Below are positions 31,201-44,082 of a stretch of 64,000 nt of DNA, in pieces. A model generated the notes under the pieces. That model was given only the letters and a program-made list of their open reading frames with translations. It was not told the DNA's origin and ran no database searches. Position 1 is the first letter of the stretch. Each line of letters begins with the position of its first letter. This DNA is from Macrostomum lignano (lineage: Eukaryota), in NCBI GenBank assembly GCA_002269645.1, contig NIVC01000567.1, positions 124,001-188,000 on the forward strand. The letters are read 5' to 3'. The translations under genes were made by a program, and so were the position numbers.

Positions 31201-31485
31201 CATTCTGTGCCTCAGCCAATTCGACGCCTGACTCATTATCCGCATAGCAACAGCGCTAGGGGGGCGCCAGTAATCAATGCACAGGCAGTGCCCCATGGAA
31301 TCGGTGTCGCACCCAGAGCCAGTATGGAAACCCTGAGCAGCCGACCAGGCAGCATGGCATTCGGCAATGCACCTGTTGGACTGCAGCATCAGCAGCAGCA
31401 GCCGCTGTCTCCACTGCAGGACGTGTCCAACGCTCTGTCTGACTACAACGAAGACGATATCGAACGCAGAGTTCTGTCGTTTTAA
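19289..31485 (+). CDS. ZDHHC8: DHHC palmitoyltransferase, ZDHHC5/8 subfamily (497 aa). Exons 19289-19383, 27814-28056, 28671-28983, 29442-29801, 31003-31485
   Basis: DPG motif; [44 protein letters not shown] cysteine-rich domain; TTNEQV motif; long Pro/Gln-rich tail ending L-S-F, a class II PDZ-ligand pattern like the I-S-V of vertebrate ZDHHC5/8. Phases 2,2,0,0 are consistent. ZDHHC5 versus ZDHHC8 orthology cannot be resolved here. Confidence 0.9.
19707..21069. mobile_element. Non-autonomous hAT-type DNA transposon in ZDHHC intron 1
   Basis: 13-bp perfect TIR CAGTGTTGGGCAA / TTGCCCAACACTG. Flanking 8-mers AGTAAAAA / ATTAAAAA give a 7/8 TSD. Subterminal motif AGAAGTTACTTTT is repeated near both ends. 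No transposase ORF recognised. Confidence 0.75.
22120..22530 (+). repeat. 20-21-bp satellite (GGATTAGGTAAGTCGCAAAA[A])n inside the hAT element
   Basis: Direct; an amplified form of the element's subterminal motif. Confidence 0.92.
22687..22762 (+). mobile_element. Left-end fragment of a hAT/Charlie-like MITE interrupted by the mariner insertion
   Basis: Begins CAGGGGTTGGCAAAC, a typical hAT MITE terminus. Its internal CTCTATCTGGCC...TTTGAAACTTC segment is also present, diverged, at about 15451-15495. Confidence 0.5.
22765..23596 (+). mobile_element. Internally deleted mariner (Tc1/mariner) element with 208-bp inverted arms and a transposase N-terminal stub
   Basis: TA followed by CGAGGGGCGTCCGGAAAG is a mariner-type TIR start. 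22778-22985 is the near-perfect reverse complement of 23389-23596. 23133-23282 encodes [43 protein letters not shown], resembling the first mariner HTH. The outermost ~13 bp of the right TIR are missing. Confidence 0.85.
23630..24300. repeat. CT-rich then GA-rich low-complexity tracts
   Basis: Direct; explains the Ser/Leu-rich ORFs at 23552-24399. Confidence 0.8.
28110..28500. repeat. 28-bp minisatellite (TGAGATTTTGAAATCCCATTCTCAAAGA)n in ZDHHC intron 2
   Basis: Direct. Confidence 0.92.
29005..29380. repeat. 28-bp minisatellite (CCTCCCAGATCCTCAGTTGCTGGGCCAG)n in ZDHHC intron 3
   Basis: Direct. Confidence 0.92.
30140..30998. repeat. 40-bp minisatellite (AATGTACGCTCTCTGTTTCCTAACCCAGCCCCACCACCCC)n ending at the last ZDHHC acceptor
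   Basis: Direct. Confidence 0.93.
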
Positions 31486-31910
31486 TCTGCGTAGCCAATG
31501 CGATTAACATAATCAAATTTTATTAAAGTGATTTGTTTGTTAAAAATACAGCATAACTTAAGATTTAGCGAATTTATTTTAATTTGTTGTCTTTTTGTAA
31601 TGATGATAAATAACAAAAATCAGTCACTGCGCCTACTCATTTTTAAGAGAACATGTATCATTTTTTATTAAATCTATCATAAGCGCGAATGATGCTACTC
31701 ACAGTTCTCATTACATAGTAGTAGTAATAGTAGTAGCGGTACATTATTTTGTATTTATTTAGTTATTGTATATTATCTGTATGTTTACTTAGTGGGACTG
31801 TGAATCCATACCTTTCATTATCGTATTGTATGTAAATTATTTAATTTAAATTTCATTTTAATTTTTGAAATTTTCATACAAAAACTTGTTAAGACACTTT
31901 TTGTTTATCG

Positions 31911-31941
31911 GTTGCCGTGACAACCTGGTTGCTAACCGGAA
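31911..31941. promoter_or_regulatory. RFX X-box-like motif with adjacent half-site and Ets-like CCGGAA
   Basis: GTTGCCGTGACAAC matches the X-box GTTGCCATGGCAAC at 12/14 positions and is followed by GGTTGCTAACCGGAA. Confidence 0.4.
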
Positions 31942-31989
31942 ACGGGCGCAAGCTTAACAGAATCAAAAGCTGTGAGATATTTAACCTAA

Positions 31990-33250
31990 GCGAGATTATC
32001 TAATCTGATCATGAGATTATCAAACCCGATCGTGAGATTATCTAATCTGATCGTAAAGTTATCCAATCTGATCATAAGATTATCCAATCTGATCGTAAGA
32101 TTATCCAATCTGATCATAAGATTATACAATCTGATCATGAGATTATACAATCTGTTCGTGAGATTACTTAACCCGAGATTATCCAATCTAATCATGAGAT
32201 TATACAATCTGATCGTGAGATTATCCAATCTGATAATGAGATTACCTAACCCGAGATTATCCAATCTAATCATGAGATTATCCAACCCGATCATGTGATT
32301 ATCAAACCCAATCGTGAGGCTATTCAACCTGATAATGAGATTATCAAACTCAATCATGAGATTATTCAACATGGATCATGAGATAATCCCATCTGATCGT
32401 AAGGTTACCAATCCCGATCGTAAGATTATCAAACCCGATCCTGAGATTATCAGACTCTTCATAAGATTATCAATAAACCCGATCCTGAGATTATCAAACT
32501 CGTTCATAAGATTATCAAACCCGATCCTGAGATTATCAAACTCGTTCATAAGATTATCAAACCCGATCCTGAGATTATCAAACTCGTTCATAAGATTATC
32601 AAACCCGATCCTGAGATTATCAAACTCGTTCATAAGATTATCAAACCCGATCCTGAGATTATCAAACTCGTTCATAAGATTATCAAACCCGATCCTGAGA
32701 TTATCAAACTCGTTCATAAGATTATCAAACCCGATCCTGAGATTATCAAACTCGTTCATAAGATTATCAAACCCGATCCTGAGATTATCAAACTCGTTCA
32801 TAAGATTATCAAACCCGATCCTGAGATTATCAAACTCGTTCATAAGATTATCAAACCCGATCCTGAGATTATCAAACTCGTTCATAAGATTATCAAACCC
32901 GATCCTGAGATTATCAAACTCGTTCATAAGATTATCAAACCCGATCCTGAGATTATCAAACTCGTTCATAAGATTATCAAACCCGATCCTGAGATTATCA
33001 AACTCGTTCATAAGATTATCAAACCCGATCCTGAGATTATCAAACTCGTTCATAAGATTATCAAACCCGATCCTGAGATTATCAAACTCGTTCATAAGAT
33101 TATCAAACCCGATCCTGAGATTATCAAACTCGTTCATAAGATTATCAAACCCGATCCTGAGATTATCAAACTCGTTCATAAGATTATCAAACCCGATCCT
33201 GAGATTATCAAACTCGTTCATAAGATTATCAAACCCGATCCTGAGATTTA
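31990..33250. repeat. 21-bp satellite grading into a perfect 42-bp dimer array
   Basis: Diverged GAGATTATC-core monomers to about 32470, then identical CCCGATCCTGAGATTATCAAACTCGTTCATAAGATTATCAAA copies. Confidence 0.95.
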
Positions 33251-33679
33251 TGAAGCATCTATCTTAGTAATAATAAAACATTTCAGATAGTCATCTGCTC
33301 CTAGAGGCAATTAGGTTGTCTGGTGTCACCTAATTAATCCATTCCCAATACCTAAAGCGAGAATATTCCAAAGCAATTTTTATCAAAAGGTACTTGCGGC
33401 CGAATGCTTAGTGTCTTGCTTTCATACTTGTAGCATTTTTCAATTTGTTTATTTTAGAATTTATTACAACTGTGTTTCTTCCTCCTCTGTGCCCTCATCG
33501 TGCCTGCTGGTTTGGTGCTGCCCGTCTCTGCTTAAACCTGTTTTATCTGCTTGTTTGTACTTTTAATTATTGCTGTTGCTAGCCGCTGTGTACTTTTCCC
33601 GTACTATTGTATACTAACTTCATTTAACTGGTATTGTCAAATACTTTGCTATCATTCCTGAGCGATGGCCATGGCCACT

Positions 33680-34245
33680 CCTCAGCCCCACCTCATCCCA
33701 ATCTCTTCCCCATCTTATCCCCATCTCTTCCCATCTCTTCCCATCTCTTCCCATCTTATCCCCATCTCTTCCCATCTCTTCCCATCTCTTCCCCATCTCT
33801 TCCCATCTCTTCCCATCTTATCCCCATCTCTTCCCATCTCACCCCTATCTCATCACATTTCTTCCCCATCTCATCCTTATCTTATCACATCTCTTCCCCA
33901 TCTCTTCCTATCTTATCCCCATCTCTTCCCCATCTCTTCCTATCTTATCCCCATCTCTTCCCATCTTATCCCCATCTCTTCCCAATCTCATCCTTATCTC
34001 ATCACATCTCTTCCCCATCTCATCCTTATCTCATCACATCTCTTCCCCATCTCTTCCTATCTTATCCCCATCTCTTCCCATCTTATCCCCATCTCTTCCC
34101 AATCTCATCCTTATCTCATCACATCTCTTCCCCATCTCATCCTTATCTCATCACATCTCTTCCCCATCTCATCCCCACATCCTCCCTATTTCTTCCCCAC
34201 CTCATCCCCACCTCATCCCCATCTCTTTTCCACCTTATCCACCTC
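33680..34245. repeat. CT-rich degenerate repeat (CCCATCTCTT-like)
   Basis: Direct. Confidence 0.85.
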
Positions 34246-34724
34246 TTGTCGCCCCTCTTCATCGCAATGCTGAACACAATTGATTTTGTACCGTATTAGC
34301 AAAGTGTAGGAATGAAAACGGTAATATTACATTTTTATGTATAACAGAAATTTCAACTGCACATTTATCTGACGCGGCGTACAAGCACCTATTTCCTATT
34401 TGTGCTACTTAGTTAGTAGCAATTTGCGCTAGTGAGTACAATAGGATGAGTGTGGTTTTTTCGTGGAAAGATGCTAATGTCAGTGTTAATGCAGTAAGCA
34501 GCTCTTGTTTCTTATTGAACTACTGTTAGCCTATTTAATAAATATTGTTGCTAACGGATAATGATGAGCACCGCTAATTTAATTTTCTTATTTTGTGAAC
34601 AAAGGTTTTTTATTGATATAAAACTGATTTTATGACCGCTTTTGGCTAAGTCTTTCTGTTTTGAATTTAACTGCATGTGGGCTCTTTAATGGGTAACTGC
34701 TTCTGACCTTCTACACCGACTGCC

Positions 34725-35545
34725 CTCTACTTATCTACTCTCAGCCTTATCTACTCTCGACACTATCTACGCTTCACCCTATCCACTCTCTACCCTATCC
34801 ACTCTCTACCCTATCTACGCTTCACCCTATCCACTCTCTACCCTATCTACGCTTCACCCTATCCACTCTCTACCCTATCTACGCTTCACCCTATCCACTC
34901 TCTACCCTATCCACTCTCTACCCTATCTACGCTACACCCTATCTACAATCTACCCTATCTACTCTCTGCATTATCTACTCTCTGCCTTAGCTACTCTCGA
35001 CACCATCTACTCTACAATATCTGCATTCTACCTGGTCTATCCACTCTCTACCCTATCTACGCTTCACCCTATCTACACTCTACCCTATCTACTCTCTGCA
35101 TTATCTACACTCTACCCTATCTACTCTCTGCATTATCTACTCTCTGCCTTAGCTACTCTCGACACTATTTACTCTACAATATCTGCATTCTACCTGGTCT
35201 ATCCACTCTCTACCCTATCTACGCTTCACCCTATCTACACTCTACCCTATCTACTCTGCCTTATCTACACTCTACCCTATCTACTCTCTGCATTATCTAC
35301 TCTCTGCCTTATCTACTCGACACTATCTACTCTACAATATCTGCATTCTACCTGGTTTATCCACTCTCTACCCTATCAACGCTACACCCTATCTACACTC
35401 TACCCTATCTACTCTCTACCCTATCTACACTACCTATCTGCATTCCACCCTGTCTACTCTCTACCCTATCTACATCAACCCTGTCTACTGTCTACCCTAT
35501 CTACATTCTACCCTGTCTACCGTCTACCTTTTCTACTCAACCGTA
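34725..35545. repeat. Degenerate (CTACCCTATCTACTCT)-type tandem array
   Basis: Direct. Confidence 0.85.
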
Positions 35546-36934
35546 TACTATATACTTCGAAGGAATATATATAGTAGAGCATTGTTTTTCTGAAGATCAG
35601 CCCTCAGTCTATAATTGAAAGGTGATTACATTTAAGCTAAATTTTTTCAACACTGCAATCAAAGAAAATTTCCAACTCGAGTATATAAAGAACAGTTTGT
35701 ACCAAAAAAACTCGCAGATTATCGAATTCAGACGCGTCAGTGGTTCAACTGCTGATTAAAATATTATCAATAATTTCAACCAACGCTCTATCCAACAGTT
35801 GAAACACCAACGGTCAGTGCAATTTCGATTGTTAGAAGTGCAAACACACAACAGTAAAAATACAGCTTACCTTTGATATTTTACAACTCTATATATATAT
35901 ATTTCGATTGTTTCAACAACTATTAACAATTTCCTCTGTCGCCGAGATCGGATGTAAGCTGGAACTGAATTTATACTGAGAGCAAACCTCTTTCCCCACC
36001 TGCCTCATCACTCTCTGAGGTGGGGTTGGCTGGCTGCTGTGTTGCTGCCCTCAGCGTCCAAGGAGGCCCGGACCTAAAACCTGGAGCTCGGACAGAGCCT
36101 GTTTTTTAGACAACTAGAGGCTGACTGAAGTGTCTAGAAATGAATCACTCCAGGTTTTGATTTTGGGGCTCCTTGGTCCAGTCCTCGAGTACACTGGCTA
36201 CATTCGATTGCGCATCCCCAGTACCTGCCTCTCTTCTCTCTCTCGTCTCTCTCGGTTTTACAAAAAGAGGCTGACTGAGCGAGCGGAACTGCCATGCAAT
36301 CCGTTGATGATGATGAGAGGAGGAGGCTGCATGGATTCGCGCGCGTTTGCAGGTGCGGGAAGAATTGGGAAGGCAGATTTCATTTCATTTGCAGAAAAAC
36401 ATCCCATCGAGAGCAATGCTGCATACAGTGAGTGGAGTGGCTCGGGTTCAGCGCGTTTGAGCTTTGATTGAAGTTAATTAAACTGATTGCTAATTCCTGT
36501 TCGTGTCTAGTAACTGTATGAATGTACTTTGGTTCAGAGAGAGTTGAAAATGATTTTTTAAGTTTAATTCCGACTTCTTTAGGGCGGACTGCCCATGTTG
36601 TGTATGCAAGATTAAAAAACCAAATAATTTCTATCAAAAAATGGTTAATCCCACCTGAGCACCTGAAGCTTGAATTTGATGAATATAATTAAGAATCTTT
36701 AATCAGGATCAGATTTCTCTAATAATTAGAAAGTTTTTTTATCGTTTGTTACAATTATTCAACCGGCTGATAAGTTTCAATTTATCCAACTGACCCAACT
36801 ACCAGCTCTCTTATCGTTTGATGGGATTTCAAATTTATGTAATTTAATGCACATTATTTGACAAAAATGCCAAATCGACTGCCACGGACAGCTGACAAGA
36901 GCGGCCGCAACCTTTAGGGGAACCAATATTTGTC

Positions 36935-38030
36935 TCTCTTGGTGGGCGCTCCTGTCCCTTGGAGGGCGCTCCTGTCCTTGGTGGGCGCTCCTGTCCCTTG
37001 GTGGGCGCTCCTGTCCCTTGGAGGGCGCTCCTGTCCCTTGGAGGGCGCTCCTGTCCCTTGGTGGGCGCTCCTGTCCCTTGGTGGGCGCTCCTGTCCTTGG
37101 TGGGCGCTCCTGTCCCTTGGTGGGCGCTCCTGTCCCTTGGTGGGCGCTCCTGTCCCTTGGTGGGCGCTCCTGTCCCTTGGAGGGCGCTCCTGTCCCTTGG
37201 TGGGCGCTCCTGTCCCTTGGAGGGCGCTCCTGTCCCTTGGTGGGCGCTCCTGTCCCTTGGAGGGCGCTCCTGTCCCTTGGTGGGCGCTCCTGTCCCTTGG
37301 TGGGCGCTCCTGTCCCTTGGTGGGCGCTCCTGTCCCTTGGTGGGCGCTCCTGTCCCTTGGTGGGCGCTCCTGTCCCTTGGAGGGCGCTCCTGTCCCTTGG
37401 TGGGCGCTCCTGTCCCTTGGAGGGCGCTCCTGTCCTTGGTGGGCGCTCCTGTCCCTTGGTGGGCGCTCCTGTCCCTTGGTGGGCGCTCCTGTCCCTTGGT
37501 GGGCGCTCCTGTCCCTTGGAGGGCGCTCCTGTCCCTTGGTGGGCGCTCCTGTCCCTTGGAGGGCGCTCCTGTCCCTTGGTGGGCGCTCCTGTCCCTTGGA
37601 GGGCGCTCCTGTCCCTTGGTGGGCGCTCCTGTCCCTTGGAGGGCGCTCCTGTCCTTGGTGGGCGCTCCTGTCCCTTGGTGGGCGCTCCTGTCCCTTGGTG
37701 GGCGCTCCTGTCCCTTGGTGGGCGCTCCTGTCCCTTGGAGGGCGCTCCTGTCCCTTGGTGGGCGCTCCTGTCCCTTGGAGGGCGCTCCTGTCCCTTGGTG
37801 GGCGCTCCTGTCCCTTGGAGGGCGCTCCTGTCCCTTGGTGGGCGCTCCTGTCCCTTGGAGGGCGCTCCTGTCCTTGGTGGGCGCTCCTGTCCCTTGGTGG
37901 GCGCTCCTGTTCTTTGGTGGGCGCTCCTGTCCCTTGGTGGGCGCTCCTGTCCCTTGGTGGGGTGCCCCTGTCTCTTGGTGGGCGCTCCTGTCTCTTGGTG
38001 GGCGCCCCCTGTCTCATGGTGGGCGCCTCT
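36935..38030. repeat. 20-bp GC-rich minisatellite (TGGGCGCTCCTGTCCCTTGG)n
   Basis: Direct; the unit is nearly stop-free, which explains the five overlapping ORFs. Confidence 0.95.
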
Positions 38031-38707
38031 CTCTAACTTTTTATGGCGGCGATTTGAAAGCAAAGCGCCTCATAAACACAAGTCTAAATCTGCATTACAA
38101 AATAAAACTGACGCAAATTCGTACAAATCTCTAAAACATAGTGCATAGCATGCATGCATTCTTCACATTCAGGCAGTTGTCTTGTGGTAATTACAAGGCC
38201 GCACCTTTATGCAGCTGCATAAGATGCATTAATTTGACACACCAGGTGCTGAGCGACAGCAATAGTCACCCATACACGCACACAATAATATAATAGACAT
38301 TGTGTTAACCCATTTTAGCTTTCGTCTATGCAGACTCAACACGCCTAAATACAATATGAATTTGTTTCTATTCAAATAATGAATGCTTGCTTGCTTATTT
38401 GGCGCCAATAGATTGGAGATGAGTTGCAACTCACGGCTCAAACTCGACCGCACGCAGCATACTTTTTTTATCAAACTCTCACTTTTTTCATGCTCAGCAA
38501 ACACGTATTTATTATACACACTGCAGCCAACACTTAATAACCGCCTTGCAGACTGCCCTGTCTCCTTCTCTCTGCAGTGTACACCCTTTTTCATGGAATT
38601 CGACTCGCTATTGCCAGAATAGCACAGCGGGTTGCGAAGCTGCATAGCAAAACTGAATGACTCTTACACTGCATGCATGTGCAACTGTCTGTAGGGCAGC
38701 GATTGAT

Positions 38708-40472
<1,765 letters not shown>

Positions 40473-43400
40473 AAGACATATTTCATTTCCCAGATGAGTT
40501 TCATCTTGTTCCATCCCCGGCCAGTTCGTTAATCCCCGAAATCGGAGCTTTCGGAGACGCCCTAATCAACTAATCTGCTCTTCCCCATCCCGTTACGCCC
40601 GAAATCTGTCCTCTCGTCTTCCTCTACCTCGTCTAGTCTTCAAAGGGACTGCGTGATCGCTCCCAGCAACCTACGAGCTATAGATTGGCCTCCTCCCCAG
40701 GCTCACTGCTCAGGCTGTAAAGGGCGTGGTCAGCTACTCTGCATAAAGCTAAAGTATGCACAGGACACCTAGTTATACATGCGAGCCCGAATCTATACAG
40801 GTAAATGCAGGGATGGGCGGGTACAGAATGCGTGGGATGCCTGAATGGATAGCTTTAATACAGCTAAAACACTAGTGACAAACACCTGCCTTTTGTCCAG
40901 GATAATCTGACAACGATATCCATTACGTACATGTATATTGGAGCATTCGGGCAGCGCATGGGATGCTTATTAGCCTTTATTACAAACACCTGGGCATATA
41001 TGCGCACTGACTGCAAAAGCCTCTATATACAGGCACATGTATGATCAGAAATATTTTGGGCGGGGCTCAGGGGCGACTGCAGCTAGGGAGCTTACATGTA
41101 CACCAGCTCCCTTACAGCAATGTGAGCTCATGGAAGCCACGCCCGATTATAAAGCCAACCATGATAAGACGGATTAAACATGTAATGCTGTATTGAAGAC
41201 AGGAAGAAAGTATCATCGTAGCGTTTCACCATAGACAAAACTACTGTGTAGTTGTACTTGTATACATGTACTAATACTAGTAATACTAGTGATACCAGTA
41301 ATACGCGACTAGCTGCTCTCAAACGCAAGCATAGAGATAGATCTGTTCAAAAGTTTTACTATTTATCAACACTTCTTGGACCTTCAACAAGAGGCACCAT
41401 GGGTGACTTTGGACACCCTTCTGCGAATTTCGCTGATGTATCTGATCAAGCCTCTACAGTGGGCAAGCGTCAACAACTGGATATCGTCAGTTATAGTACG
41501 AGTATGACACCTTGTAATGGACCAGAACGTGAAGGTCCGGATCGAATCTCTGCCTGGGGGAAGGCCATGCAGTGACCAACGAAGTCAGAGCTGATGCAGA
41601 CACGTGGTCGATGTGGTAATGAAATCTGTATGAGGCTTGGCAAGGCCGCACTGAGGCGGTGCTGATCGTATTAAACACACTAGCGCTCATGGGAAAATCT
41701 GACCTTCCGGCAGAATCGTCGAATATCTTGACGGTCCGGTGGGCTGGCGACAATTGATTCTTTCTTGTTTGAGAAGGTGCGCAACAAAAATTTAATTAGT
41801 CCGTACGTGTTCTTGAATTTTGTGTGCCTGTGTTGTATTCACTCTTTTGGTAGCTGTACTGCTAATGATTAACATTTCAATTGAATTGAAACAAACCGTG
41901 ATCTACGAGGTTTCTAACTGGAATGCTAAGCCCGTGACCGCTCATATATGAAGACTCCAAAAAACCAATTGCAAGTTGATTCTGAATTTGAATATAGTTA
42001 ATTATTGATTTTTTCTGTGATACAATTGGAGCCCAAATTTTAACACAGACAAGCATTTATTTGTTGCGATTCAATGTTAAATTTCCAAGTACACATCATT
42101 TCTAATATAAATAAAATAAATTATTTTTGTGTAAAGCAACAGCAACGAACCTACTTTCGTACTTAGCAGGCTGAGTGACATGGGCAAACTGTTTAAAAGA
42201 ACATTTCTTTCTCAAAAAATATGCACATATATGTGTATCCGCACAAATACATTTTCATAGTCAGCATTTAAATGAACATTCTGCTCACAAAAACTTCTAC
42301 ATACAAATCGCGGCACATTTATGAAAATTGTGTGCAACAGTCAAATATTTTCTCGGCTAACTAAATAATGTGCATAGGAAATAAAATGTGCTCCTAATTA
42401 GATTGCACATTTCACGAATTAAATACATTGAAATCGAATCAGCAGATGCAAATGTTTCAACGCTCTTTAACGCGCAAAGTATGCACAACAATAAATACAA
42501 GACAATAAATATAGAACTGGACAAAAATAGGAATAAACATTCGATACATACTACTTGCACGAGAGAAGTGCTGTTAGTAGTTTCATGTGCGGCATTGGGC
42601 GTTTTTTATGGTTTGCAAAAGGAAGCAATGGTAATCAGTGTCTCATTGTTGCAGGTAATTATAGTCATCTTGCATAGAACTTTGAAGCCAAAATAAATGA
42701 AATCACTTACAAATTAGCATATGTATTGCATAGGGAGAGCAGATAAAGTAAAAATAATTTGATTTGTATCCACAATAATATACACATTTCTGGTGCTATA
42801 CAAACACAAAGTTAACAGCATGTATTTGTATGTTCAGACTGTCGAAAAACATTAAAACAACTTTATTGAAAAATCTGCAAATGGCATATATTTTTGATAA
42901 CACTGTTGCAATTATTGTAACTTCATGGGACAGATATTAAAACTATAAAACGCAACAGAAAAACTGCGGTTTTCAAGAGCGACAGGGAATGGGACAGAAA
43001 ATGCCGGCTTTACCAATTCGCAAATTATAACAAGAACGAGTTTACTTATGTTAATGCGCAACAACGAAAGATGCTCGATTGAGTGAAAGCTATATTAATT
43101 AAACCCACCTATTTATAATTATATCAAATAAACTTAGTAGACAATGGCAAAAATATAAATATTTTCTCCTTAAGCCATTATAGTTATGAAAACCCACTTT
43201 ATTTACTTTACTGAAATATTGTTACAAACGACACTTAATAAATACACGGGCAAATAAATGTGAATAAACTATGATATATTAAAATCAAATTTTGATTATG
43301 TCGTACAAATACGTTTTTATTACTAGAAAATGCTTACATTATTTAATTTACTTAATCAAATCTGACGGTTTTTCGTGAACACGAAACTGCTTAGCTTTTG

Positions 43401-44082
43401 TTTTAATAAATGCTACGTTAACTCGTTAACTTCCAGAGAACAGTTGCATATTTAAAACGGTACTATATGAAACATGTGCCCGTAAAAAGTCTACATCACC
43501 CAAAGTCCGAAGATGGTTGGTACTGAAGCAAGCACTACACAAAATTTCTAGAAATAATTGAAATACGAAAAAGGGAATGTCACCTAGAAATAACAAGCAT
43601 CGGTTGTCATGACTACTGAGTAATTGAGTCATATATTGTTATAAGGGCATTACGTTTCGAAAGTTAATTTGTTTGTCATGCTCCTGAGTCCTGCATAACA
43701 AATCATTATAAAAGTGTATAAATAAAAGGTATTAGGTCATGCGAGGTACTAAATAATATACATACTTCTAAAAGCCGAATAGTATACAAAATTATTCTAC
43801 GAAATAACAAAATAGCTACTTAAAATAGGTAGAAGGGCAGACAGAAGCTTATTAATAAACTATAGAGAAAATATAGGCCAAAAAAGTCGCAATACTTATT
43901 ATTTATATAATATTTGCATGGCATGTCTGCAGTTACCGTCAACACTTGATAATTATATGAAGAAAGCGACAAGAATAACTTAGTTTTTATTGCATATTTC
44001 AATTATGATCTGAAAATTTACAGACGACTAGCAATAAGTTATTAATCAATATGATCATCAATGCATTCGAAATCGTCAGTTT

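Noticed and set aside
34561-34630. C/D box snoRNA-like ATGATGA...CTGA
   Set aside because: No terminal stem and an AT-only interior without a plausible guide.
41128-41328. Minus-strand ORF with a TM-like LLVSLVLLVLV segment resembling a glycosyltransferase N-terminus
   Set aside because: It starts at TTG, the hydrophobic run derives from a short TACTAG repeat, and it stops after 66 codons.
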